From an uncultured Alphaproteobacteria bacterium (lineage in GTDB: Bacteria > Pseudomonadota > Alphaproteobacteria > HIMB59 > GCA-002718135), in the NCBI GenBank assembly GCA_902590695.1, contig CACIXR010000006.1:21289-85288 (forward strand): DNA of 64,000 bases, written 5' to 3'. The notes under the pieces are model-generated. The model saw nothing but the letters and a program-made list of their open reading frames with translations, did not search any database and had not been told where the DNA came from. Numbering within the stretch: the stretch's first letter is position 1; each line of letters begins with the position of its first letter. Position numbers and translations under genes: made by a program. Shown here in pieces: positions 8,978 through 19,304 of the stretch.

Positions 8978-9886
8978 TTAAGCACTAATTTTATTAATTA
9001 ATTCTTTTGCTATTTTAATATTTTCTTCAAAATAAGGGTAATGTTTAGGTAATAATTCAAAATTAAAATTAGTATTTTTAGGAAATTGCAATTCATCAAA
9101 TATTTCATCAAAGGGGATATTACCCCATCCTAATGGCAAATGAATATCACCCAAACCATAACTAACTGCTTCAGATTTATAAAAAGTTGGCATTTTTTGC
9201 AATAATCCAAAAGAGTCGTGCATGTGGAGATGCTCACTTAATGGAGCCATTGTTTTTATTTCACTTATATAATCAGCATTATTATAATTACAGTTAATAT
9301 AAGCGTGGGAAAAATCTAAACATGCTTTAATTCTTTTATGATTGATTTGATTTAAATTATGCGCAATTTCACTTGGTAAAGGAGCGTAAGCCTCCATATT
9401 AAATGGAAATAAGCACTCAATAGCTAGAGTAACGTTACAAGAATCAGCTAAACTCGATAATTCTTCATAACACTCGTTTTGTTTTTCTAATAATTCACTG
9501 TAATGATTTTTATCTTCAAATATTTTTTTAGTTGTATATCCAAAATGGGTCACTAAATGCGAAGCACCTAATTCACCTGATACTTCAATATTTTTTTTTA
9601 AAACCTCTTTGTGATCAGTAAAAAACTCTTCATCCATTAAGTTTACTGAAAGTTCTCCGTGAACAGTATAATTAAAGTCAAAAGTAGAAATAATTTTTTT
9701 TAGTTTATCTATTTCGGGTTTAAAAATTTTTTTTCCCACAATTATATCTAAAGCATAAATTGGTAATTCTATTGAATCTACTTCTAATAATTTAAATTGA
9801 GTAAGTTCTCCTTCTAGAATTTCTAAATTACTACTACTATTATTGTTTACAGATGTTCCAGTAATTGAAAATCCAACTTTATTCAT
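8978..9886 (-). CDS. Sugar phosphate isomerase/epimerase (xylose isomerase-like TIM barrel)
   Basis: TVHG, LAIECL, CLDFSH, HLHMHDSFG, DIHLPLGWG, FEL metal ligands. Confidence 0.85.
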   Translation of the reverse strand: MNKVGFSITGTSVNNNSSSNLEILEGELTQFKLLEVDSIELPIYALDIIVGKKIFKPEIDKLKKIISTFDFNYTVHGELSVNLMDEEFFTDHKEVLKKNIEVSGELGASHLVTHFGYTTKKIFEDKNHYSELLEKQNECYEELSSLADSCNVTLAIECLFPFNMEAYAPLPSEIAHNLNQINHKRIKACLDFSHAYINCNYNNADYISEIKTMAPLSEHLHMHDSFGLLQKMPTFYKSEAVSYGLGDIHLPLGWGNIPFDEIFDELQFPKNTNFNFELLPKHYPYFEENIKIAKELINKISA

Positions 9887-9971
9887 AAATTTTCAAGTAG
9901 GTTATATTTATTAAAATAATGTTAAGAAAAAAAAACTTTTTTAATTTTATATTCTTAGTAAAGTAGTCATA

Positions 9972-11189
9972 ATGTTACATAAAGTTCCTGTTCATAAACT
10001 TGGTATAGGCTCGATTTTTTCTTATGGTTTTCTTTTTTATTTATTTGCACCAGTAAAACCTTATTTGTCTAATTTTTTAGAAACTTCAGAAACTTCCATC
10101 CTTTTAATTTTAACTATCAATTTACTAATTCAAGCAGCAATAATGCCTATCATTGGCAAATATATTGACAAATTTGGTGGATTAAAGGTGATGAGGATAG
10201 GTTTTATTATTGGCAGCATAGGTATTTGTTGTTTGGGTTTAATTGAATTGAATTATATATATTTTCAAAATTTTTTTTGGTTATCGTTATGTCTTATTTT
10301 AATATCAACAAGTCTTTCTATGTGTGGTTATGAATGTTCATTTAGTACAGTCATACAATTAGATGAAAAAAATTCTAGGAAAAATATTTCCATAATTACT
10401 TTTTATGGAGGAATTGCAAGTACTATAACCTGGTTATGTATTTTCCCACTAATAGATATTTATAATCTATTAATTTCTTGTCTCATAATAAGTAGTTTAT
10501 TATTAATTTATTCATTGATTATTAATTATGAAATTAAAAATCATACGCATTTAAATATACAAAAAAATAAATTTAAAAAATTCAATTTCCTTAAATTGGA
10601 TATAAAACAAAGATTAATTTTTCTAATATTAAGTATATCAAATTTCTTAAATGTCTTGGTATTTGCATCACTAACACTTTTTTGGATAAATTGGTTTTCA
10701 GAAATTTATGAAAACCCAAGCTTAGCAATAATATTAGCAAGCATTTATGGCCCCTTCCAAACTATTGGAAGATTAATCGAGATGTTTTTTGGATCAAAAT
10801 TTGACGCAAGAATAACGGGAACGATTGGATGCATTATTACTGCAATTAGTCTTATTTTAGTTCAATTTGATAATATATACTTTTCAATTTTATCAATGAT
10901 CTTATTTGGGATGGGTCACGGTGTCATAACTGTTACATTTGGATTTGTTACTAATCTTTACTTTGATGCAAAGATTTATGGTCAGGCAAAAAGTTTAATT
11001 GCATCTACAAGCAATATAGCAATGGCTATTGGCCCAAGTCTTGGTTCATTTTTATATTTTTATAGTGGGTATTTGATGTTTACATCTATGCTTGTAATTA
11101 AAATAATAATGACTTTGATGTTTGCTTTATTAATAATTTTCGAACCAACGAATGCTGTTCATAAAAACATAAAATTTCACAGAAAATAA
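9972..11189 (+). CDS. MFS transporter
   Basis: About 12 TM segments; motif A-like GKYIDKFGG. Confidence 0.8.
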   Translation: MLHKVPVHKLGIGSIFSYGFLFYLFAPVKPYLSNFLETSETSILLILTINLLIQAAIMPIIGKYIDKFGGLKVMRIGFIIGSIGICCLGLIELNYIYFQNFFWLSLCLILISTSLSMCGYECSFSTVIQLDEKNSRKNISIITFYGGIASTITWLCIFPLIDIYNLLISCLIISSLLLIYSLIINYEIKNHTHLNIQKNKFKKFNFLKLDIKQRLIFLILSISNFLNVLVFASLTLFWINWFSEIYENPSLAIILASIYGPFQTIGRLIEMFFGSKFDARITGTIGCIITAISLILVQFDNIYFSILSMILFGMGHGVITVTFGFVTNLYFDAKIYGQAKSLIASTSNIAMAIGPSLGSFLYFYSGYLMFTSMLVIKIIMTLMFALLIIFEPTNAVHKNIKFHRK

Positions 11190-11245
11190 TAATTAAAAGA
11201 AAATTTTAATAAAAAATTCATCAAAAAAGTATATTTTTCGAAATT

Positions 11246-11680
11246 ATGAATAAATCAGTTTTTATAGGTTTATTAGCAATATCTTTTTACGTTCAAGCTG
11301 ATAATCATAAAGTCTATATTCCCATTGAAAGTGGTGCAGGTAAAATTGAGGATCCAGAATCGTATTTTAAAGAATACTTTTATAATTGTAATGATCCTGA
11401 AATTTTAAATCTCAATGCTAGATTAGAAAATGCTCTAGGAAGAATAGCTGAAGAAAAGAAAAAAGAAATAAATGATATCAGAAATGAAGGTGTCAACCTA
11501 TGTAATGAAGGTAAAACTTTTTTTGCAAAAAATAAACTCACTGAAGGCTTTACCAAAGCAGAAGCTGCCGGTGAAGAGTATCTAAAGGACAGTGATAGTT
11601 TTTTTACCGGATCAGAACTTCAAGATTCAAAAAAAGATGAGACTAATCAGGATAAAAAACCTTGGTGGAAGTTCTGGTAA
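11246..11680 (+). CDS. Exported hypothetical protein with C-terminal KKPWWKFW tail
   Basis: Signal peptide (VQA|DNH); helical body with two Cys. Confidence 0.6.
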   Translation: MNKSVFIGLLAISFYVQADNHKVYIPIESGAGKIEDPESYFKEYFYNCNDPEILNLNARLENALGRIAEEKKKEINDIRNEGVNLCNEGKTFFAKNKLTEGFTKAEAAGEEYLKDSDSFFTGSELQDSKKDETNQDKKPWWKFW

Positions 11681-11708
11681 ATTTTTAATTATCTCTTAAA
11701 AAAAAATT

Positions 11709-13088
11709 TTACTTCACTATAGCAACAAATACGTTACCAATTAATTTCCTTCTCAACCATTGTGAAAATGTATCCATCAAAAAAACAACAATTAAAATTA
11801 AAATTGACATATAAGCAACGTTTTCAAAATTAGCACCTGTCATTATAGAGTCAAGAAATAACAAACCAATACCTCCCGCACCCATTGCACCTAAAATGAC
11901 AGCACTTCTTGTGTTGGACTCAAAATAGTAAAGTGATTGAGAAACAAAAACTGGAAGAATTTGCGGTATTATTCCAAACCTGTGTTGTTGATTTCTTGTT
12001 GCGCCTGTTGATTCAACTCCTTCATTTTGATTTTTTTCAATATTCTCAATTGCTTCAGACATTATTTTTCCTAAGGTACCTGTATCTGTGAATGCAATTG
12101 CTAGAATACCCGTATAAAGACCAGGTCCAAAAGCTCTTAAAAAAATCAAACTCCAAATTAAAAAATCAATTCCTCTTAAGGAGTCAAAAAATCTTCTTAT
12201 AAAAAACCTAACAAAATTAAAAGGAGTTATGTTTATTGCTGCTAAAAATGCTAAGAGAAGACCAAATATAGTAGCAAATAATGTTCCTATCACAGCCATA
12301 AAAATGGTATCCCTTAATGAAGAAAAAACCAATCCATGAAACCACTGCTCATTAGATAGAAATTCATTAAACATAAAGCGAGCATTTGATATTTCTGGAT
12401 CTAATCTATTTGACGAAAAAAATAATAAAAATAATTCTGATGATGAATACTTATTAAAAGGGCTTGCAAAATCAAAAAAGAAATATTTCCAACCAAATTG
12501 GAATCTATGTATTTCAATTTTTTCCGAATAAACTTGCAATCTTTCAAATAAACTTGGCCTAACCTCAACTTTGTTTTCAGTAACCCTAATCCATTTAGGT
12601 AATTTTGGATCATCAAATGTATACCCTTCAACTGTAGGTTTTCCATTTAAAAGTTTAAAAGTTAGCAGGAGATTTTTTTCTTCCTCATCGCCAAATCCTT
12701 TCATTTCAATTCTGTCTTTAAAAATATCGATTATTCCTTGATTATTAAATATTACTGAATGTTTATTAGTATCTGAAAGGAACCATTCTGGAAAATCTTT
12801 AGGATCATATTTAGTAAATGCCCCTCCTTCATAGCTTATAGTAACATCGCTTGTATCACTCCATTTTGTATTGATATGATCTTTGTAAGAGTATGAATCT
12901 TGAATCAATTTAGCTGCAAAATCAGGCTTAAATTGATCTGTTAGCTTGTTAAAACCAAGAGAGTAAAATGCAAAAATAGAGTATGAAATAATTAAGAATA
13001 AATAAAAAAAGCTTCTTAAGTATTTAGAAAATTTAATATTTATGACATCACTGTGTTTTTCTAAAAATTCTTTACTAACCTTATCCAT
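11709..13088 (-). CDS. phnE: Phosphonate ABC permease (long form with large extramembrane insert)
   Basis: C-terminal PhnE core (DTGTLGK, EAIEN, FESNTRSA, GAGGIG). Confidence 0.9.
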   Translation of the reverse strand: MDKVSKEFLEKHSDVINIKFSKYLRSFFYLFLIISYSIFAFYSLGFNKLTDQFKPDFAAKLIQDSYSYKDHINTKWSDTSDVTISYEGGAFTKYDPKDFPEWFLSDTNKHSVIFNNQGIIDIFKDRIEMKGFGDEEEKNLLLTFKLLNGKPTVEGYTFDDPKLPKWIRVTENKVEVRPSLFERLQVYSEKIEIHRFQFGWKYFFFDFASPFNKYSSSELFLLFFSSNRLDPEISNARFMFNEFLSNEQWFHGLVFSSLRDTIFMAVIGTLFATIFGLLLAFLAAINITPFNFVRFFIRRFFDSLRGIDFLIWSLIFLRAFGPGLYTGILAIAFTDTGTLGKIMSEAIENIEKNQNEGVESTGATRNQQHRFGIIPQILPVFVSQSLYYFESNTRSAVILGAMGAGGIGLLFLDSIMTGANFENVAYMSILILIVVFLMDTFSQWLRRKLIGNVFVAIVK

Positions 13089-13963
13089 TATTTATCTTTC
13101 GGAATAATAAAGCTTCCACCAATTAATTTCTGCCGGGTAAAAGTTGAAAAATAATCAAGTAACGTAATAGTCAAAATTAGTAAAAACATTACAGCAGTGA
13201 TTTTGGCTCCAAAATTCCATTGAATTAAAGTGTTAAGCTGTTCACCAATTCCTCCGGCTCCAACAAACCCGAGTATTGTTGATGCTCGAACATTTATTTC
13301 TGCTCTTAATAAACCATAACTTAGTAAAATAGGCATTACTTGTGGCAAAACACCAAATCTTATTCTAGACAACCAGGATGACCCAACAGACTCTAATCCT
13401 TCAATCTGTTTATTATCTGCATTTTCAATAGCTTCAGAAAATAACTTTCCCAAAGCACCCGCTGTATGAATAATTATTGCTATAACGGCTGGTATCGGAG
13501 ATCGACCTAGTAAATAAAGTAAGGTTATAGCAAGAACCAATTCAGGAAAAGCACGACAAATATCCATAATCCTTCTTGCAGTCCAAACAATAGTTTTATT
13601 TTTAATTAAATTTCCACTTGCAAATACACTAAGAATTAAGGCTAATATTGCACCAACAATTGTAGAAAATAAAGCCATATTAAAAGTATAAAGAAGATCA
13701 GGAACGTAATCTAAGACGTATCCAAACCAACTAAAACCAGCATCAAAAGTTTTAGCAAATAAAGCAATGGGATAATCAAAAAAATTATCTATTCCTCTTA
13801 CAAAACTTCCAGCATTAGATTCTTCTGCAACATATGTTCCCGTTGCTAAAATTAAAATAATAGCTGCTATAGAGATTATAGAATAAAGCATTCTCGTTCT
13901 AGCCATCTTGTTAAGATTATCTTCAAGATATTTTAAGTGATTAGGTAGCTCTTTATTATTCAT
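13088..13963 (-). CDS. phnE: Phosphonate ABC permease
   Basis: HTAGALGKLFSEAIE, EINVRAST, GAGGIG. Confidence 0.92.
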   Translation of the reverse strand: MNNKELPNHLKYLEDNLNKMARTRMLYSIISIAAIILILATGTYVAEESNAGSFVRGIDNFFDYPIALFAKTFDAGFSWFGYVLDYVPDLLYTFNMALFSTIVGAILALILSVFASGNLIKNKTIVWTARRIMDICRAFPELVLAITLLYLLGRSPIPAVIAIIIHTAGALGKLFSEAIENADNKQIEGLESVGSSWLSRIRFGVLPQVMPILLSYGLLRAEINVRASTILGFVGAGGIGEQLNTLIQWNFGAKITAVMFLLILTITLLDYFSTFTRQKLIGGSFIIPKDK

Positions 13964-13982
13964 AATATAAAATAAAAGGAAA

Positions 13983-14008
13983 TCAAAGCGAGCTTATACT
14001 CGCTTTGA
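13983..14008 (-). terminator. Stem-loop after phnD (mRNA-stabilising or partial terminator)
   Basis: TCAAAGCGAG/CTCGCTTTGA perfect 10-bp stem. Confidence 0.7.
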
Positions 14009-14020
14009 CACTTTAGAAGA

Positions 14021-14950
14021 TTAACCTCCAATTTTAGCTAATCTTGCAGCAACGATACCTTCGTAGAATGAATGATCAACGTCAACATATTGCTTAATCT
14101 CACCATAAGCTATATTTTTAGAACATTCTTTATCATTTGCATGAATCCATTCTAATAAATTTCTCATATGTTCAATCATAGCGATTGGCAAATCAGTGCT
14201 TAATGATTGAGGGCCCTCAGGAATAAGTGAAGAAGACCATAATTGAACTAGATCATCCATATTAAGAATACCTTTATCAACCATTCTTCTTAAATTTCCA
14301 TTTGAGTAACCTTCTTCCCATTTACCTACACCAGATACCCAAGTAAAAGATGCATCAACATCGCCATTTAAAACGCCTAAGACTCCTGGCTCATGTCCAC
14401 CCATAAAGTTAACTGATTCAAAGAAATCTTCATTAATACCCATACTTGCAAGTTCAGTAGATGGTATTAGAAAGCCAGATGTTGAATTCGGATCCGCATA
14501 ACCTAATTTCTTTCCAGCCATATCTTCTAGGGATTTTAATCCAGAATCTTTTCTAGCTACTAAGACAGAATAATAACCAGTAGCTCCGGCGGGATTCATC
14601 CAAGTTGATATTGGTACGATTGCAGTAGGATCTTCAATATATACACCAGCGTAAGAAGAAGCTCCAAATCCTGCCATATCTAAGTTTCTACCAATTATTG
14701 ATTGCATGGTACCAGCGTAATCTTTGAATGTAAAAATTTTTGCAGGTACATTTAAAGATTCGGTTGCATAATCTGCAAAGCATTGTTGTAATCTAATTTG
14801 ATCAGAGGCATTTTCACCTCCAAGTATTCCAATTCTAAAGTCTGGTCTAAATTTACTTAGGTCAAACTTCGGCATTTCATGACCTCCGGCAAAAGAATTT
14901 GAAGAGATAAATAAGCCAAGCAAGACTGTAAATATAAATTTTCTAATCAT
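14021..14950 (-). CDS. phnD: Phosphonate ABC substrate-binding protein
   Basis: Signal peptide; GILGGEN, DY, DPNSTSGFLIP, GGHE; strong RBS. Confidence 0.92.
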   Translation of the reverse strand: MIRKFIFTVLLGLFISSNSFAGGHEMPKFDLSKFRPDFRIGILGGENASDQIRLQQCFADYATESLNVPAKIFTFKDYAGTMQSIIGRNLDMAGFGASSYAGVYIEDPTAIVPISTWMNPAGATGYYSVLVARKDSGLKSLEDMAGKKLGYADPNSTSGFLIPSTELASMGINEDFFESVNFMGGHEPGVLGVLNGDVDASFTWVSGVGKWEEGYSNGNLRRMVDKGILNMDDLVQLWSSSLIPEGPQSLSTDLPIAMIEHMRNLLEWIHANDKECSKNIAYGEIKQYVDVDHSFYEGIVAARLAKIGG

Positions 14951-14991
14951 ACGTTCTCCTTTAAATATTAGTAAAATTTAAGTTTAATTTA

Positions 14992-15816
14992 TCAATCAAG
15001 ACCTTCCCCCTTTTTGTTACCAATTAGCCTTTCTTGATTATCACCCAAAGACGTAGAGGTAATAGCGGCTTCAAAAGCTTCTTCAGCTTCGGCGCCGTAA
15101 ATATCTCTTGCAGTTTCATCTTTAAGTAATTCAGGTTGGTCATCGAAAACTATGTTTCCTGTTTTCATACCAATTATTCTGTCGCAATATTTTTTTGCTG
15201 TATCCAATGTATGTAAATTACATATAACCGTAATATTCTTTTCTTTATGTATTTTTTGCAATGACTCCATTACTAATCTTGCATTATAGGGATCTAATGA
15301 TGCTATGGGCTCATCAGCCAGAATCATGGAAGGGTTTTGCATTAAGGCTCTGCAAATAGCTACTCTTTGTTGTTGACCGCCTGAAAGTGTTTCCGCTCTT
15401 TGTAAAGCAGTTTCTGCCATTCCTAATTTATCAAGATTAATAAGAGCCTCTATTCTCTCTTCTTTAGTAAAAAGTTTTAAAGAACTTTTAAAAAAACTTT
15501 GTTCATTTAACGTGCCTAGAATTACATTTGTCAAAACATCAAGTCTTGGAATAAGATTAAATTGCTGAAAAATCATTGCACAATTTTTTTGCCATGCTCT
15601 TTTTTTATTTTTTTTAAAATCTAAAATATTTTCATCTTTAACTATAATTTTTCCACTAGTTGCATCCGTTAATCTATTAATGATTCTTAACATTGTAGAT
15701 TTACCAGCCCCTGATCTTCCAATAATACCTATCATTTGAGGTTTATTGATATTTAAGGAAATGTTATTTACCGCTTTGTTGTCACCAAAATGTTTCGAAA
15801 GATTTATTATTTGCAT
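14992..15816 (-). CDS. phnC: Phosphonate ABC ATPase
   Basis: GRSGAGKST, LSGGQQQR, DEPIASLDP. Confidence 0.93.
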   Translation of the reverse strand: MQIINLSKHFGDNKAVNNISLNINKPQMIGIIGRSGAGKSTMLRIINRLTDATSGKIIVKDENILDFKKNKKRAWQKNCAMIFQQFNLIPRLDVLTNVILGTLNEQSFFKSSLKLFTKEERIEALINLDKLGMAETALQRAETLSGGQQQRVAICRALMQNPSMILADEPIASLDPYNARLVMESLQKIHKEKNITVICNLHTLDTAKKYCDRIIGMKTGNIVFDDQPELLKDETARDIYGAEAEEAFEAAITSTSLGDNQERLIGNKKGEGLD

Positions 15817-15839
15817 AAAAAATAATTGGTAAATTATTT

Positions 15840-15870
15840 TTATTACAAAAAGGTTAATGTTATTTTACGA
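15840..15870 (-). promoter_or_regulatory. Candidate Pho box upstream of phnCDEE
   Basis: Minus strand tcGTAAaataa-caTTAAccttt-ttGTAAtaaaa: three units at exact 11-bp spacing (+ strand 15843, 15854, 15865). Confidence 0.4.
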
Positions 15871-17007
15871 TTAGTTTACTCTTTTGCCTTTAATATAAAC
15901 TTCTTTGATTAACGGTGTATTTTCTACAAAGGCAACTCTAAGAAAATCCGATCTTTTATTAATTTCAATGTGACCCCTGTCATCTAAACCAACTGAATTT
16001 GCTGGATTATAAGAAACTAATTTAGTAGATTCACTTAAATTCACACCTTTATGTAATAATTTAAATACAGATTGTATTAGACTCAAAGGAACATAATCAG
16101 ATGAAAATATATCAACTAAATCAAAGTTGTTATCCACTAAATCATTTACCGAAACATTATCCGAGTGTGATTTATTTCTTATAAAATTTGGAGCACCTAA
16201 AACTGTTTTCATTTTGAGTTTTTTTGCTTGTTTAACAGCTTCTAAGGTAGTTGGAAATTCACTAATATAAATTCCATTTTTGCTTGCTTCATTTACATGT
16301 TCTTCTGTCGTATCATCGTGAGAGGCCATAATAATTTTTTTCTCTCTCCATATTGTCGATACTTTTGGTCTATTCTTTTTTTCTGCTTCTTTTGCCGTTT
16401 CCTCTAGTCTTAACATTTTTTCATCAAAATCATATGCACCATGGGATGTAAAATTACTTCCTTTACCGTAAAATTCTAGCATTTTTTCTTTATTTCTCCA
16501 TTGTCTCTGTCCAGGAGTATGATCCATTAAAGAAGCTAATGCTATATATTTATTATCATAGTATTTTTCTAATGTTTCTAAGAGCTCAGGATCAGATAAT
16601 TCACATCTATAGTGAAGATGGTGATCAGCTTTGAATAAACCTAAATCCTTACCTCTGGTAATCGAAGTTATTATATCATCCAAAATACTTGTTCTAATTT
16701 TTGTATAGTTTCCAACTAATATTGCATCAAAAACCGTTGTTATACCAGAAGAAATAATTTCATTATCATTAGCTATTGCAGCTGCAATTTTATTAGGCCA
16801 AATTGCATTTGGTCTAGGAATAAAATGTTTTTCTAAGTTATCTGTATGAAGCTCTATAAATCCTGGTAATAAATAATCACCTTCAAAATCAATTGCATTA
16901 GAGTTATTTAAATTACCCTTATCAATGTTTAAAATTGTTTCATTAAAATTTATTGAGCCAATAAAAGTATCATTTAAAGTAACTATATTTGCATTTTTAA
17001 TTATCAT
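15871..17007 (-). CDS. phnM: Alpha-D-ribose 1-methylphosphonate 5-triphosphate diphosphatase
   Basis: ELHTDNLE, HYRCE, MDHTPGQRQ, ASHDD, SEFPTT, SSDYVP. Confidence 0.95.
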   Translation of the reverse strand: MIIKNANIVTLNDTFIGSINFNETILNIDKGNLNNSNAIDFEGDYLLPGFIELHTDNLEKHFIPRPNAIWPNKIAAAIANDNEIISSGITTVFDAILVGNYTKIRTSILDDIITSITRGKDLGLFKADHHLHYRCELSDPELLETLEKYYDNKYIALASLMDHTPGQRQWRNKEKMLEFYGKGSNFTSHGAYDFDEKMLRLEETAKEAEKKNRPKVSTIWREKKIIMASHDDTTEEHVNEASKNGIYISEFPTTLEAVKQAKKLKMKTVLGAPNFIRNKSHSDNVSVNDLVDNNFDLVDIFSSDYVPLSLIQSVFKLLHKGVNLSESTKLVSYNPANSVGLDDRGHIEINKRSDFLRVAFVENTPLIKEVYIKGKRVN

Positions 17008-17692
17008 TTGGAATGTATTTTTCTAAATTAATTTCTCTTGTACATATTTCATTTCTAATTTTTTTATCATGAACTATAACTATTATTGTTACATCTTTTT
17101 TAAGTTTTGATTTAATCATATCAATGACGATGGATTTATTAATATCATCGAGAGATGCTGTTGGCTCATCTAATAAAAGAATAGAATAATTCCCAATTAA
17201 TGTTTTAGCTAAATTTACTCGTTGTTGTTCACCTCCAGAAAAAGTTAATGGTGATAAATTCCACATAGATTCTTGTATATTTAATTCAGATAAAAGTTTT
17301 TTTATTTTTATTAATGAGTGTTCATCAAATAAAGACTGTTGTTTTAGAGTATCAGATACTATTTCAATTGTTGGAACCCTAGGCAAAACTCTTAAAAACT
17401 GACTTACATATCCAATAAAATATTTTCGAAGATTTATTATTTGATGTTCTAATGAATTAGCAATATTGATTTTATTATTATTATAAATATTAATTTCACC
17501 TGAAGATGGTAAATAATTTCCATATAACATTTTTAAAAATGTAGATTTACCAATTCCAGATTTTCCAACTAGCGCAATACATTCTCCTGTCTTTATTTCT
17601 AAATTAATATTTTTTAAAACATTTAATACGGTGCCCTTCTGGTTATGCAGAATAAATTTTTTATTAACATTTTTTAATTCGATAATTTTCAT
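16997..17692 (-). CDS. phnL: C-P lyase subunit PhnL (ATPase)
   Basis: FILHNQ, GKSGIGKST, SQFLRVLPRV, TFSGGEQQR. Confidence 0.95.
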   Translation of the reverse strand: MKIIELKNVNKKFILHNQKGTVLNVLKNINLEIKTGECIALVGKSGIGKSTFLKMLYGNYLPSSGEINIYNNNKINIANSLEHQIINLRKYFIGYVSQFLRVLPRVPTIEIVSDTLKQQSLFDEHSLIKIKKLLSELNIQESMWNLSPLTFSGGEQQRVNLAKTLIGNYSILLLDEPTASLDDINKSIVIDMIKSKLKKDVTIIVIVHDKKIRNEICTREINLEKYIPNDN

Positions 17693-17694
17693 TA

Positions 17695-18471
17695 TTAAAC
17701 TTGTAAAATAGATGAAGTTAAAAGCTGTGTGTAGGAATGTTGAGGATCATCCAAAACTCTATCCGTTAATCCTGTTTCTACAACTATGCCGTCTTTCATA
17801 ACCAATAATTTATCAGTTAAAAATCGCACAACTGCTAAATCGTGTGTTACTATAATCATAGTAACATTAATATCTCTTACAATACTCTTAATAGTATCTA
17901 GTATTTTAGCTTGTACAGACACATCCAACCCCCCTGTTGGCTCATCCATAAACACTATCTGCGGGTTTGATGATAATATTTTTGATATTTGAAGTCTTTG
18001 CTGCATTCCGCCTGAAAAACTTAAAGGAAATTCATCAATTCTATCTGGGTCCATCTCAGTTTTTTCCATCCAATATTTTCCAGTATTTCTTAAAAATGAA
18101 TAGTTTTTTTCAGATACATTGAGAAGTCTCTCTGCAATGTTACCTCCAGCACTAATTCTTAAATTTAAACCATCTCTTGGATTTTGATGAACTATTCCCC
18201 ACATGGATCTCATCAATTGTCTTTTTTCTTGTTCAGGTAGAGAAAGAAAGTCTTTTACACCACCTTGATCTAGCGATATGTTAATTTTTCCTGCAGATGG
18301 AGAAATTTCTCCTGACAAGCACTTCAACAGTGTACTTTTACCTGAACCAGATTCACCAACAATGCCTAAAATTTCACCTTTATACAAATCAAAATTTATA
18401 CCTTTGCAACCAATTTGGTTTCCATAAAAATGTGTAAGGTTTTCCACATGCATTATTTTTTTAATATTCAT
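17695..18471 (-). CDS. phnK: C-P lyase subunit PhnK
   Basis: HQNPRDGL, FSGGMQQRLQI, DEPTGGLDVSVQA. Confidence 0.95.
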   Translation of the reverse strand: MNIKKIMHVENLTHFYGNQIGCKGINFDLYKGEILGIVGESGSGKSTLLKCLSGEISPSAGKINISLDQGGVKDFLSLPEQEKRQLMRSMWGIVHQNPRDGLNLRISAGGNIAERLLNVSEKNYSFLRNTGKYWMEKTEMDPDRIDEFPLSFSGGMQQRLQISKILSSNPQIVFMDEPTGGLDVSVQAKILDTIKSIVRDINVTMIIVTHDLAVVRFLTDKLLVMKDGIVVETGLTDRVLDDPQHSYTQLLTSSILQV

Positions 18472-19304
18472 TTATTTTTCTCAAGATTGCTTTTACAAAA
18501 ATCTGTATCTGAACATATAAAATTTTTCTTTCCCTCATTATTGATAATTATTTCATCTAAGTAACTCTTCGTTGAACCACATATTGAACAACATTCATCC
18601 CATGTTTGTATTTCAAAGGGATGATCATCAAAATCAAGACTTTTAACTTTAGTGTAAGGTGGAATTGCGTAAATTCTTTTTTCTCTTCCTGCGCCAAATA
18701 ATTGCAACGCTTCCATATTATTCATTTTGGGATTATCAAATTTAGGTATTGGTGTTGGATCAGTAATATATCTGTTATTTGTTTCTACTGGATAAGCCCA
18801 AGTTTTTATTACTGAGCCAAATTGAGAAATTTCTTCGTATAATTTTACATGCATTAATGCATATTCTTTATACGCATGGAGTTTTCTAGTTTCTTTTTCT
18901 TTAGGCTCTAATTTCCTTAGTGGTTCTGGTTGAGGAACTTGATAAACAATGATTTGATCTTTATTTAATGTTGTTTCAGGAATTCGATGTCTAGTTTGTA
19001 TCAAGGATGCTTCTGCAGTTCTATCTGTAGTCATGATATTGCATACACGTTTAAAAAAATTTTTAATAGAAACAGCATTAGTAGTATCATCAGCACCCTG
19101 ATCAATTACTTTTAGAATATCTTGCTTACCAATTATAGAAGCTGTAACCTGAATACCTCCTGTTCCCCATCCATATGCTAATGGCATTTCTCTTCCTCCA
19201 AATGGACATTGATAGCCTGGAATGCAAACAGCTTTTAGAATTTTTCTCCTTATCATTCTTTTAGTTGCTTCATCCAAATACGCAAAATTAAAACCAGTTT
19301 TCAT
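18468..19304 (-). CDS. phnJ: Radical-SAM C-P lyase catalytic subunit
   Basis: YGWGTGG glycyl-radical site, IQTRHRIPE, C-terminal CSICG...ICSDTDFC cysteines. Confidence 0.97.
   Translation of the reverse strand: MKTGFNFAYLDEATKRMIRRKILKAVCIPGYQCPFGGREMPLAYGWGTGGIQVTASIIGKQDILKVIDQGADDTTNAVSIKNFFKRVCNIMTTDRTAEASLIQTRHRIPETTLNKDQIIVYQVPQPEPLRKLEPKEKETRKLHAYKEYALMHVKLYEEISQFGSVIKTWAYPVETNNRYITDPTPIPKFDNPKMNNMEALQLFGAGREKRIYAIPPYTKVKSLDFDDHPFEIQTWDECCSICGSTKSYLDEIIINNEGKKNFICSDTDFCKSNLEKNK

Noticed and set aside
12340-12960. Large insert in the second phnE as a novel fusion
   Set aside because: Long PhnE forms with extramembrane inserts occur in alphaproteobacterial phnCDEE operons, and no separate domain is recognisable
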